A stretch of DNA of 64,000 nt from NCBI RefSeq assembly GCF_009914755.1, contig NC_060927.1. One strand, written 5' to 3'. Shown here piece by piece: positions 1-15,270 of the stretch. Under the pieces are notes generated by a model. It had not been told where the DNA came from. It saw nothing but the letters and a program-made list of their open reading frames with translations, and made no database searches. Made by a program: the position numbers and the translations under genes. Positions within the stretch are counted from its first letter, which is position 1; every line of letters begins with the position of its first letter. The stretch comes from the human T2T-CHM13v2.0 reference genome, Homo sapiens.

Positions 1-829
1 CAGCTACTCAGGAGGCTGAGGCATGAGAAGTGCTCTAACCTAGGAGGCGGAGGTTGCTGTGAGCCGAGATTGTGCCATTGCACTCTAGCTTGGGTAACAA
101 AGCCGAGTCTGTCGCAAAAAAAAAAAAAAGAGTCACGTAAGGTGGCCTCATTCTGGTCCTGCCTTGCATCCCCAACAAGAAAGTTCAGGGTGGCATGTAA
201 GGAAGACAGTCAGCCACCAGATTCATTTCAGTGGCTTCTAACGGTTAGGATAGGTATTCCTTTACATGTGATCTCAGGGACTATCACATGGGAGCCGCAG
301 TCTTGAATGCTGACAAAGTTCACAACAACTAAAGCAGAGGAAAAGGGCACGCATAGAAAATGTCAAGGGGACGCTTGAAGGGCAGGGGGTGAGGCTGCCT
401 CTAGACAAACAAAAAATAAAGGTAATATCTGCCCCATGTGTTCACAATTTTAGCCATACAGAGGGACTAAAAGGTTAACATTTCCAACTGCCATTTTCAC
501 TCTGAATCCATCACTCCTAGAGATCAAACAATCACTAGGAGGCAATGGGACTGCACGGCTGGGGAAATGTACCATGCTACCTCTAATTCCCTTATATCTT
601 TGAGATAACCTTAAGGTATCTCCAATCTTAAAAGGAATATCTGGCCATGTTTGCTGTGGATGACTTAAGGAAAACAGATTAACAGAGTGAAATATAACAA
701 CCAAAGTTATGGTTTATAATTGACTTAGGGCTTTGGAGAGGGCAACGCCTCTGTCATTACTTTGCAAACACAAAGTGACTTACAAATAGAGCTGAAATCC
801 CTGCTAATAATCACCTGCTGTTTGTTTCC

Positions 830-998
830 CTCTGACCATCTGCATTAGATCCACCTGTTGAAGGGAGATCTTGTTTAAAACCTGTGTCCCACTGGATACC
901 TAACTAACTAGAATCTCTAGGGGTGAATCCCTGGAACTTTTCATTCTAATAGTTCCCTCAGGTGACCTGTGTGCACGTTGAAGACTGAGAGCCACTGT
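830..998. mobile_element. MER5A-like hAT DNA transposon remnant
   Basis: ...gaatctctaggggtgaatccctggaac...ccctcaggtgacctgtgtgcacgttgaagactgagagccactg resembles recalled MER5A consensus. Confidence 0.65.
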
Positions 999-1307
999 AA
1001 TACAGGTAACTTTCTTAAATGGGTGTACTGTGTGTGTGTAGGACATAGGCATACCCTGTGCCTAAAGGACTTTAGAACAGCCATTCTTAGAAGGAGTGGA
1101 GTCTATGCCATTACCTAGAAAGCTGGAGTGGGATCAGGCTTTTATATCCAAGAACTTAAAGGACAAGCTGGCAAGTGCTGTCATTTCCGTCAGGGGACAG
1201 ATTCCTACTGAGCCCACACAGGGGCAGTCCCTTTAAGGAGGGATTGGCCTCATGGGAGGATGTCTGCAGAGATGTCTGTGAAGGCTGGGTTCAAAGATTA
1301 TAGAGTG

Positions 1308-1929
<622 letters not shown>

Positions 1930-2892
1930 GATTGTGGGGTATAGTGAAGAGCTGTTTGGGTCCAAATTGCCATGAAAGGAAAGGAACAGACATGATCCCC
2001 CTTTCTTCAAAGGGCCTACTGTCTAGAGCAGGGAATTGGGCAAGCAAGCACCCACTCCCACAGCCAGCAGCCCCACTTCATAGGCAAGCTGTGGCAGGGC
2101 TAGTATTTACCAATACACAAAGGTGTGGCTATATGGTTAGTCAACATACTTAAATACTTTCGTAATGGTTAAAAACTTTTGTGATGATTGGTCAATAACC
2201 ATTGCCTCAATCCTTCCTTTCCTGAGTGGCCCCTCTATCCTGGCTACTCACATGTTTCCTTCCTCCCTATATCCTATGATCCAGTGATGAAAGGTTAATG
2301 TCAGGCACAGTGGAGGTACCAGGACCCCACACCAGCACTATGGCTGGCTTGTCTTCTGACTGGTTGGCACCTGTGATATACTGATGGTTAAATATTTTGG
2401 ATCACACCTGTAATGAGCGGGTGACTAATTTCTGGCAATGACACTGAGTAGAAGTTTGGAACATTAGAGCCCTAGTAAACCCTGGACTGGGGGACCAGCA
2501 CCCTTCCTGGGGGAAGCCTAGCAGACATCCTTCCTGGATTCTGAGGTCCCTTCAGGATTCCTGACGTACCTAGGTAGGGAGAACGTCCTGAGAGACAAAT
2601 AACAGACTCCCTTCTAATCCTAATATGTGGGGCTGTGAGCTGGTTCTAATTCAATTTCAAAAACAAAGACATAAAATTTCTACTAGCCCAGGGATCATGA
2701 GGCAATCCATACTGGTTAAATCAGCATAAGGAATTATTATTTTTATTAAATTCCTATGTATGCCACAGAAAGGTTGTGTTGCTGAAAACAGGTCATCAGG
2801 AACTGTTGTTTTCCTGGCCATTTGAACTTCAGACCACTACGGTAGAAACTCTAAGGGTTTTTTGTTTTGTTTCCGTTTTGTTCTCTGATATC

Positions 2893-2952
2893 ACAAGCCT
2901 CTAGAACGCTACCTGGCACATAGTAGGTGCTCAATAAATGTTAGTTAAACAA
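2893..2952 (+). mobile_element. L2 LINE 3' end fragment
   Basis: cctggcacatagtaggtgctcaataaatgtt is the typical L2 terminus. Confidence 0.75.
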
Positions 2953-3394
2953 AACTACAATTTCAAAGGATTCCAAGTTTGTTGTTTAATTTTAGCAGAA
3001 GCTAGAAGAAATTAGCAGGATATATTGAATTTGGCCAGGTGTGGTGGCTCAGACCTGTAATCCCAACACTTTGGGAGGCTGAGGTGGGTGGATTACTTGA
3101 GCTCAGGAGTTCGAGACCAGCCTGGGGAACATGGCAAAACCCCTTCTCTACCAAAAACAAAAAAATTACCTGGGCGTGGTGGCACACGCCTATAGTCCCA
3201 GCCGCAGGAGGATCGCTTGAGCCCGGGAGGCAGAAATTGCAGTGAAGCGAGATGGCACCACTGTACTCCAGCATGGGCAACAGAGCAAGACCTTGTCTCA
3301 AAAAAAAAAAAAAAAAAAAGTCAAATTTATTTTCTACTTAGAAGCATCCAGAATCCCTGCCTCTTGTAACGATGGAAACCTCTGTTTGAGCTTA

Positions 3395-3559
<165 letters not shown>

Positions 3560-4655
3560 TCAAAAAAAAAAAAAAAAAAAATTAGTGGTTTCCATTTGCA
3601 ACGTCTGCTATTGGAACAAACTGCAATTTACTAATTTATTAGGCAGTAGTACTCTAGAGATTTAACAAAAAATGAGCATGTCCGTTACTATTCCAGGTTG
3701 GCAACTGAGCTCTCTTGAGAGAGCTTCTCACTAAAGGCTCACTAAGATGATGGGCTCTGAGTACACCTCATCTAGAGCCAGGAAATGATCTCAAGGGATA
3801 TAGATGGGGCAAAGGCCTTCAGACTTGACCTCCTGTTGTCAGATTTCTTCTCAGGATTTCACTTGTTTTTGCATTTTCTGTTTGCTTTTCTAAGCCTCAT
3901 TAGACAGTTCCTTAAACATTCATTCCCAGCTGTCTATTTTTTCTCTTTTCTCTTTGAGCCCACAGTAACCAAACTCTCAAAGTAACACATCCAGAGACAG
4001 CTGGCAGATGGTTTGAAACCAGCGGATTTTACTTGCATTAGGACAATCACATTAAATTAAAACAAACAAAAAGCATATCTTTCAGTGGTGATTCACCTGC
4101 ACATTAACTAGTAAATGCTAATTGTAATGTTAATAGTTGTAATTTCTTGAGAACCTACTATGTGCCAGCCTGGTACTTCACATACACAGATTAACTTTCA
4201 CGCTGATAATAACAGGGAAACTGCAGGGAGACTGAAGTTTATAGAGATCATCTTGCTCAGTGGAATGAAACACAATCATAAATTGTTACATAAAGCTGCC
4301 TACATTATATTCAGTGCAAATGGCAAGTTTCACAACAGTACATTATAGTTAACTTCATTTTAGAAAATCTCATTAATTTGAAGTATATATAAACACATAT
4401 AGATGTACTCACATAATATATTTTTGTATATGAGAAAAATGTATGAAAGGCAATACCACCTCAGGAATTTACCCACTTGCCCTAAGCCTTGGGTTTTACA
4501 TCTGCAGAGCAGGAGTATTAAAAGTATCCACCACAGGCCGGGAGCGGTAGCTCACGCCTGTAATCCCAGCACTTTGGGAAGTCGAGGTGGGCAGGTCACG
4601 AGGTCATGGGTTTGAGACCAGCCTGTCCAATGTGGTGAAACCCCGTCTTTACTTA

Positions 4656-4835
<180 letters not shown>

Positions 4836-5467
4836 CTACCACAAAGAAAGGATAAAAGCACAGTTCCTGACACAAAAATGAGTACTTGATCCATTTCTTG
4901 CTATTATTGTCATTATTTTTATGAAGAGAAATTCATTAAATTGTCAACAGTGATTACCTCTAGGGAGTGACGCCACAGGGTAAGGAAGGGGATGACAATT
5001 TGTATCGTCTACATTATACACATCTGGGCTCTTCCATGCATTTACAACAATCAGACACCACTTCTATTACATGTTATAAAAGGCGTTTTATTTAAAAATA
5101 CCTCTTGAGGCCAGGGGTGGTGATTCACACCTGTAATTCCAGCACTTTGGGAGGCTGAGGCAGGAAGATTGCTTGAGCCCAGGAGTTCAAGACCAGCCTG
5201 GGGAACATAGCAAGATCGTGTCTGTATTTAAAAATAAAAATAAAAATATCTTTTGAGGCTGGGCATGGTGGCTCATGCATGTAATTCCAGTACTGTGGGA
5301 GGCTGAGGCAGGAGGACTGCTTGAGCTCAGGAGTTCATGACCAGCCTGGGCAACATAGCTCACCCTGTCCCTACTAAAAATTTAAAAAGTAAAAATAAAA
5401 ACCCTTTCATGGGAGGTCAGGAGTTCGACACCCGCCTGACCAACATAGTGAAACCCCGTCTCTACTA

Positions 5468-5632
<165 letters not shown>

Positions 5633-5799
5633 TCAAAAAAACAAAACAAAGCAAAAACACCCTCTCGTATCAAAATTTATTTCCCCAAATGCCTTTATTT
5701 TCTCGTACAAGCAACCATTAAAATAATAATGAACTCCTAAAAAAAAAAATCTGAAAGATCTATTCCAGTGCTTGTATTCCATAGCTTATTTTTGGCCCC

Positions 5800-6260
5800 A
5801 GAGCAGCGTGAAGAACCCGATGTTATCAACAGCGTTTTATTTGGACGCTCTGAATCCGTTTTCCCCTAGCACATCGGCAGAGCAGACCGCCTGCCTCGGC
5901 CTTGTCAACGCCAAGGGTGTTTTGGACGGATGTGTCTATCCTGAAAGCTTCCAGCCTGGCTTTGAACTTGACTTGGCAACGGATGAAAACCTCGGCGAGC
6001 ATCCCCAGACAACCCCGCTGCGCGTCAGAGCGCTGCTCCCGCGTCCTCCTGCCGGCAGAAGCCCCTGCAGTGCGCCCCGCGACCACCAGCTGGAACCAAA
6101 AGGCGGCGCGCAGGCGCGGAGCCCACGGGGAGCCCAGGCTGGGGCGCGTGTCAGCTCCGCCTGACCTGCCACCTTCCCTAGGCAGCGGGGGGCGGGGGTG
6201 GGGGGTGGTGCGGGGAGTCACATGCGTCCCCTCCGAAGCTGGGCTGGAGTTCATTTACAG
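5800..6260. promoter_or_regulatory. Orphan CpG-rich non-repeat segment (candidate enhancer or promoter)
   Basis: Many retained CpGs outside any recognisable repeat; GC boxes and G-tracts at 6186-6210; E-box gtcacatg near 6217. Confidence 0.6.
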
Positions 6261-7653
6261 CTCGCTTTTCTAGGCCTGTCTCTTTATTCCATTATCAAAG
6301 ATTGCTTTAGGGGGTTCATAAAATCAAACTGAAGCGTTGTCAAAGGAGAGGAGTCCACATGTCTCAGACTGGAAACCAGCCATTCTTCCATTCATTGGGA
6401 GACATTTACAGGCCCCCTGCCAGGGGTCGGTCCTGGGACACTGGGGATGCCGCGTTGAGTAAGACAATCCCTACCTTCACAGGGCCTCCTTCGAGTTAAT
6501 AATGATACAGTAAGGGAGGGTTGGAATGGAAGCATTTTGTTCTGCTCTTGGCTGAAGCACAGAGACAGATGTCACATGTCAGCGAGATGTGTGAGATCCT
6601 CATGCAGGGCTTGCAGAAGGGTTGGCTTTGACATGCTGAGCCCTTCGCCCCCACTGAGGGTATGAAAAGGGTCAAAAGAGGAACACTACAGGAAAAGACA
6701 GGATTTGGAAGGAGTTGATGATGAGTGGATCCTTTCCCCACCTTCCCCCCAACAATGAGAAGGGTGGGGGGCGGGGAGGGGGGGTGCCAGCCTGTCATCT
6801 CAAACCTAGAAAAAGGGGCTATAAAGGAATCACTCACAGGGGCTGCGGACACAGTAGACTCCTGTCTGAGCAATCTAAAAGTTGCAGGCCAAACACAGTC
6901 GCTGCAATCCCAGCATTTTGAGAGACTGAGGCTGGAGAATTGCTTGAGGCCAGGAGTTGGAGACCAGCCTGCACAACACAGTGAGGCCTTGTCTCTACAA
7001 AAGAATTTTAAGAAATAAAATTAGCCAGGCGTGGTGGCACGCGCCTGTAGTCCTAGCTACTCTAGAGGCTGAGGCAAGAGGACTGCTTAAGCCCAAGGGC
7101 TCAGTCACTGTAGCTGTACAGTGAGCTACAATCGTGCCACTGAAAGAGTTAAACTGTCTCTAAAAAAATAAAAAGACAAAATAAAATGTGTGGTACCAGG
7201 GCTGGCTAACTGTTCCAACTAACGAACAAAGAGACATTGCCATGTTGGGGTCATCCTGTGCCCATGGTTTGTGGGGGAAGTATTCCTTGTCCCAGGGGAC
7301 CATATGTGGATGGCCTGCCAAAGAGAACTGAGGTAGAGCTGCCTTAGATCTTTTCCATGGAGACCTTCTGGTGGGATGAGGAGAAGTCAGCAGAAATAAG
7401 ATAAACTAGATACTCTGGGTTGTAAAGGAAATTCTTAAGCCACCAGCTGGAATAGAGAGACATTTGCCTAAATTCAGTGAATTACAGGTGAGACCTTTCC
7501 AATGCCCCATGAAGGAGCGAGCCAGCCATAAACATCTGCCAAGCCCAGCAAGCGCCAGCATCTATCATGGCAATGTTGGTCAACTCAACACTTTCCTGGC
7601 CCCCCTAACTACTCTCTAGCCTACACCCCACTCTCTACCTCCACTAGATCTGA

Positions 7654-8108
<455 letters not shown>

Positions 8109-8143
8109 CCACATGGAAGGCTAGGAGTAGCTGGTTAGGCAGG

Positions 8144-8599
8144 TGCAATGAGTTGAATCGTATCCCCACAAAGTGATATGTTGAAATCCTAATATCTAGT
8201 ACCTCAGATTGTAACCTTATTTGAAATAAGGTCTTTATAGGGTCTTTATAGAGTCCAAGCAAACGACAAGGAAGTCATTAGGGTGCACCCTAACCCAATA
8301 GGATGTCGAAAAGGAGAAATTTGGACACAGAGACATGCACACAGGGAGAATGTCAGGTGAAGACAGAGATTGGGGTGATGCGTGTACAAGCCAAGGAATG
8401 CCAAAGATTGCCAGCAAACTCCACAAGCTAAGGAAGAGGCATGGAACAGATGCTTCCTCACAGCCCTCAGAAGAACACAAGTGTGCTGCCCTCTTGGTCT
8501 TGGACTTCAAGCCTCTAGAATGGTGAGACAATACATTTCTGTTGCTTAAGCCAGCCAGATTGTGGTGCATCGTGACAGCAGCCCTAGCAAATGAATACA
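8144..8599 (+). mobile_element. MLT1C-like MaLR solo LTR
   Basis: tg...gatatgttgaaatcctaa...gtacctcagattgtaaccttatttg...cagccctagcaaatgaataca matches recalled MLT1C layout. Confidence 0.8.
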
Positions 8600-8724
8600 T
8601 CAGGAAACAGAAGCAGCTGAGCTTGCCCTTTGTCCCTTCCCAAATGTCCAATCTGCAGCTGGCTCCAACTGAGGGCTATGGGAAACATTTTACCTGAAAT
8701 GCGATTTTTGATTTTTTAAATGTC

Positions 8725-9085
8725 TTTTTTTAAATGATTTCAACTTTTATTTTGGATTCAAGGGGGTACATGTGCAGGTTTGTTACATGGGTATGTGCGT
8801 GATGCTGAGATTTGGGTTACAATTCATTCCATCACCCAAGTGGTGAGCACAGCACTCAACAGTTAGTTTTTCAACTCTTGCCTTCCTCCCTCCCTGACTG
8901 GTAGTCCCCAGTGTGTATTGTTCCCATCTTTATGTCCATGAGTACCCAGTTTAGCTCCCACTTACAACTGAGAACACATGGTGTTTGGTTTTCTGTTCCT
9001 GCATTAATTTGGTTAGTATAATGGCCTCCAGCTGCATCCATGTTGCTGCAAAGGATATGATTGTGTCCTTTTTTATGGCTGCGTT
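8725..9085 (-). mobile_element. L1 (old L1PA/L1PB) 3' UTR fragment
   Basis: caacttttatttt...gggtacatgtgcaggtttgttacatggg...gcctccagctgcatccatgttgctgcaaagga. Confidence 0.85.
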
Positions 9086-9089
9086 GTAA

Positions 9090-9392
<303 letters not shown>

Positions 9393-9565
9393 TAATTTCA
9401 GAAGACTAGACTATTTGTTACTGAACCTGAAATGTGTGTAGTGATTTAAAGTGACAGCAGGATGTTTTGTTACCTAAGAGTGACCAGGGGACATCTGTTA
9501 GGAGCCAGTAGTTCTCCACACACCTAGCATCCGGTGAGACAAGCCACCACACTGAAGGAGGGGAC

Positions 9566-9809
9566 ATCAGCAGAGCAATGGTGGACAGGCGCAGGCTGGG
9601 GCTACCGCTTCTGGCACTGCTCCTACACACATAGATTCATTCAAATCATACAATTTTTCAAATCATAACATTTTTCAGATAACTCCTCCCGGAATGATTC
9701 AGCAGCCACAAATCCAGCTAATGCCACTACCAAGGTGGTTGGCAGTGCCTTGGAGTCAACAGCCAGTCTCCTCCTAGTCTTGCTTTCTCTCGCCCACCTC
9801 TAATGTTAG
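9566..9809 (+). pseudogene. Disabled CD24 coding remnant
   Basis: Start ATG is ATC (9566). Reads ISRAMVDRRRLGLPLLALLLHT then TAG at 9632; 17-bp tandem duplication 9640-9673; later NSSRNDSAATNPANATTKVVGSALESTASLLLVLLSLAHL*C*. Confidence 0.9.
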
Positions 9810-10080
9810 GAGACTCAGGCCAAGAAACATCTATATGTCCCCATCTTCTAAACCCATTTTAAATGGCATCTAGAAGTCCAATGTGACAAGGAAAAAACAA
9901 ATCGTCGTCAAATCTACTAATCCCACACCTTCTTTTATTGACATAAAAACTGTTGAGAGGCCAGGAGTGGTGGCTCACACCTGTAATCCTAACACTTTGG
10001 GAGGCAGAGGCGGGCAGATCACCTGAGGTCAGGAGTTCAAGACTAGCCTGGCCAACATGATGAAACTCTGTCTCTACTTA

Positions 10081-10347
<267 letters not shown>

Positions 10348-10627
10348 TCATGTACAAGATGAAGACAGGCAACATCCAAAATTAGTTGAGACATGATTTC
10401 CTTGTATGTGGCTTAACAAATGTGGACACTAAAACTCTGCCTTAAAAATAAGAATTGAGGCAGGGTGCGGTGGCTCATGCCTGTAATCCCAGCACCTTGG
10501 GAGGCTGAGGCAGGTGGATCACTTGAGGTCAGGAGTTCAAGAACAGCCTGACCAACGTCGTGCAACCCCATCCTTACTAAAAAAATACAAAATTAGCTGG
10601 GCGTGGTGGCATGCACCTGTAATCTCA

Positions 10628-11042
<415 letters not shown>

Positions 11043-11998
11043 TCAAAAAAAAAAAAAAAAGCAGGTATTGATTTTGTCTTATCTAGAGATAAAGGATGGG
11101 ATGTGGAATAGAGATTCAATTTCCATTTGGTTCATGAAATCTATAAGGCCATAAAACAGGTAAAATGAAAAGCTTCTTCCGTGATTCTGTTTATATGTAC
11201 CTCAGAAGGAACTTCCAGGTATTACTGTAAGTCCTCAATGTATTGTTTTCACAGTACTAATTTAATGCTTTTATACCTAGATGTTTTACGTTGTTAAGCT
11301 ATCACTGTTCTCTTGGGAACTAAACACTTTTTTTTCCTCCAAATCTTTGGATTTGACATTGCATGTGACCTTTTATGTAGTAATTGACATGTGCCAGGGC
11401 AGTCATGGATTATTAATAGAATTTACCCCCAGCTTCAAGCATCATGAGTAACTCTTGCTTATCCTCATAAAGTCAAATGGTAGGCATTTCCCATCATCTA
11501 TTTTCATTCAACAAGAGCACCCAATTTATTTAGCTAAGCTGCATCCAAAGAGTAGAATTTTGTTGACCTCAAATAATTTCAAAATGCTTCTTTGTATTTC
11601 TGCATATGTTGAATACATTTTATAATTTAAAAAATCATCTGCTTTGGCCAGGCATGGTGGCTCATGCCTGTAATTCCAGCACTTCAGAGGCCGAGGCAGG
11701 TGGGTCACCTGAGGTCAGGAGTTCGAGACCAGCCTGGCCAACATGGCAAAACCCCATCTCTACTAAAAATACAAAAAAAAAAAAAAAAAAAAAAAAAAAA
11801 GCCAGGCGTGGTGACATGCACCTGTAATCCCAACTATTCGGGAGGCTGAGGCAGGAGAATCACTTCAACTTGGGAGGCGGAGGTTTTGGTGAGCCGAGAT
11901 AGCACCATCGCACTCCAGCCTGGGTGACAAGAACAAAACTCAATCTAAAAAAAAAAAAATCATCTGTTTTGAAGATAAAATAACCAATCTTGACATTA

Positions 11999-12379
<381 letters not shown>

Positions 12380-12806
12380 TCAAGTATTTGGGAGGTGAAA
12401 ACTGGAAGCTGTCTTGCATTAAATTCAGAAAGAAATTAATATTCACTCTGTAAATATCTTTTAAAAATGGATCAGAACAGCCACACTGAAAACATATTGT
12501 TTGGTTATCAGGCAATATTTTTACAAAGAACCTGGTCCCAAGCCTAAAAGTGAGCTTGTTTCTGCAGTAAATATTTTACAATTGCCTCTACACACAGAAA
12601 TCTCTTAAAAAACAGACATTTCTGAAGTCTTGAGTGCAGGGTCATGCATAGAAGCTTAGACGTTGCAGTAACAAATATGGCCACAGTAGTATTGATAACC
12701 AATGTCATTTTTTCCCATCTCCAGAACCTACATGGAGACGAGATCAAACAGATCTGAAGCTACTGCGTATGTGAATGAATACTCCTTTTGCTTCATACCT
12801 GAATGC

Positions 12807-13507
12807 TGTCAACCTAACTAACAGAGAGAGGCTCTCTAAAGGAAAAAAGATATTTGGGAATAGAGCACTGGGATGGAAATATACATACCATAGTAAACTG
12901 TGTGTGTATTTAGAGAAGTAAAGGAAGAAAAAGGTTTTTAAAGGAAAGAAATGAAGAGGATTACATAATTGTTTTGAAAGAACCATCCTTGGCTACAAAG
13001 ATCAATAGCAAGGGTGATGCCAGTCTGAGGTTGGACAGGCAGTTACTGGGCAGATGTCCTTGCAGGAGTATTTTTTGTGTCAGGTTGACATGGCCTTTGT
13101 GTGAGATTGTAGTTTTTGTAGAGTCTCTTTTATTATCAGGCATAAAAGAATAAGAACCCTCTCTTCATGGTCTTTACTGGCTCTATTTGTCAGTGTTTTC
13201 TTAACATTGCTCTATCACCCAGGCTGGAGTGAAGTGGTGCGATCTCGGCTCACTGCAACCTCCACCTCCCTGGTTCAGCTGATTCTCCTGCTTCAGCCTC
13301 CTGAGTAGCTGAGACTACAGGCACCTGCCACCAAACCTGGCTAATTTTTGTATTTTTAGTAGGGATGGGGTTTCACCATGTTGGCCAGGCTAGTCTCAAA
13401 CTCCTGACCTCAGATGATCTGCCCACCTTGGCCTCCCAAAGTGCTGTAATTACAGGCATGAGCCACTGCACCTGGCTGACACCATTTTGATTCTGACCAC
13501 TTTCACA
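12807..13507 (-). mobile_element. ERV1 (MER4-group, MER67/MER31-like) solo LTR inside the CD24 pseudogene 3'UTR, itself containing an Alu (~13208-13477)
   Basis: TGTCAAC...TTTCACA termini; 4-bp TSD atgc/atgt; CD24 homology stops at 12806 and resumes after 13507. Confidence 0.8.
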
Positions 13508-13944
13508 ATGTCGTCCATCTATTTTGGGTTGTATATCGTGGTTTTTCTTTTTCTATTTTTTAGAGATGGGGTCTTGCCATGTTGCCCAGGCTGGTCTTGA
13601 ATTCCTGGCCTCAATGATACATCTGCCCCAGCCTCCCAAAATGCTGGGATTATGGGCATGAACCACCTTACCCAGCCAGTTTGTATGTTTATGCTTTGAT
13701 TCAAAGTAACTTTGCATATTATCGAATTGATTTGCATTAAACACAAATTGTAAATAAAAACAAATAAATGACTGAAAGAGAAAAAAAAAAGAAAAAAAAA
13801 GTGACAGCAGGAAGGAAAGAACCAGTGCGCAGAGAGCAGTGAAATCTGGGTGCAGCAATAAGTAAGTGTATTGTCCGTAGAGAAGCTAAACACAGCAATA
13901 AACCAATACAAGTTAGTCTGCATTTTTTCCTCCATCCTCTAACC

Positions 13945-14117
13945 TTGGGTTCTCTTCTCTTTCTCCTTCTCCTCCTCCTCCTCCCTCCTCCCCCCTCCTC
14001 CCCCCTCCTTCCCCCTCCTTCTGCCTCCTCTTCCTTCTTCCTCCCCCCTGACTTCCTCCCCTCCTCTTCCCCCTAACCTCCTCCTCCCCCCTCCTCCCCC
14101 AGTCCTCTTCCTCCTTC
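13945..14117. repeat. Polypyrimidine low-complexity tract (CCT/CCCCT) adjoining an antisense Alu monomer
   Basis: Nearly pure C/T for ~170 bp. Confidence 0.9.
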
Positions 14118-14366
14118 GATGGGGGTCTCACTATGTTGACCAGGCTGGTTTTGAACTCCTGGCCTCAAGCGATCCTCCCACCTCAGCCTCCTAAAGTGCT
14201 AGGATTACAGGCATGAGCTGCTGCACCCAGCCAGGTCTACTTTTTTTTTGAGACAGAGTCTAGCCCTATGGCCCAGTCTGGAGTGCAGTGGTGCGATCTC
14301 GACTCACTGCAACCTCTGCCTCCTGGGTTCAAACAATTCTCCTGCTTCAACCTCCCTAGTAGCTGA

Positions 14367-14692
<326 letters not shown>

Positions 14693-15028
14693 TGAGCCCC
14701 ACAGCCCTAATTTTTGTATTTTTAGTAGAGATGGGGTTTCACCATGTTGGCCAGGCTGGTCTTAAACTCCTGACCTCAAGCTATCCTCCCGCCTCCGCCT
14801 CCCAATGTTCTGGTATTACTGGCGTGAGCCACTGTGCCCAGCCTCCAGGTCTACTTTTTATCACCACTATGCTGGCAATATTGAACACTGTCAGTGATAA
14901 CACATTCCTCTTTGCCTGGGGTGCTGCTCCCACCACTCCCTACCTCTTTGGTATACCATTGCCCCAGAGAGGGTTTAAAGTACATGGCAGTGGAAAATAG
15001 AAAAAGATAAAAAAACTATTGTCTGATC

Positions 15029-15270
15029 TAGCGGTTTTCAACTGGTGGTTATTTTGCCCAACCTACCATCCCCCTCCCCCTCCTGGGGGTATCTAGCAAT
15101 GTCTGGATATATTTTTATTTGTCCCAACTAGAAGCGGGACGAGGTGCTACCAGCACCTAGTGGATACAAGCCAGGGATGTTGCTCAGCATCCTGCAGCGC
15201 ATAGGATGGCTCCCAGCCATGCATAATTGTCCGGCCCCAAACGCCAATAGTGCCAGGTCCAGAAAACCTG
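15029..15270. mobile_element. MER20 hAT-Charlie DNA transposon
   Basis: tagcggttttcaac...gcaatgtctgga...gccagggatgttgctcagcatcctgcagcgcatagg...ggccccaaacgccaatagtgcc...gaaaacctg. Confidence 0.85.

Noticed and set aside
5772-6273. Overlapping ORFs on both strands in the CpG-rich segment
   Set aside because: Expected from high GC; no recognisable domain or exon structure.
13913-14131. Gly/Glu/Arg-rich ORF (also those at 25855-26353)
   Set aside because: Translation of simple repeats.
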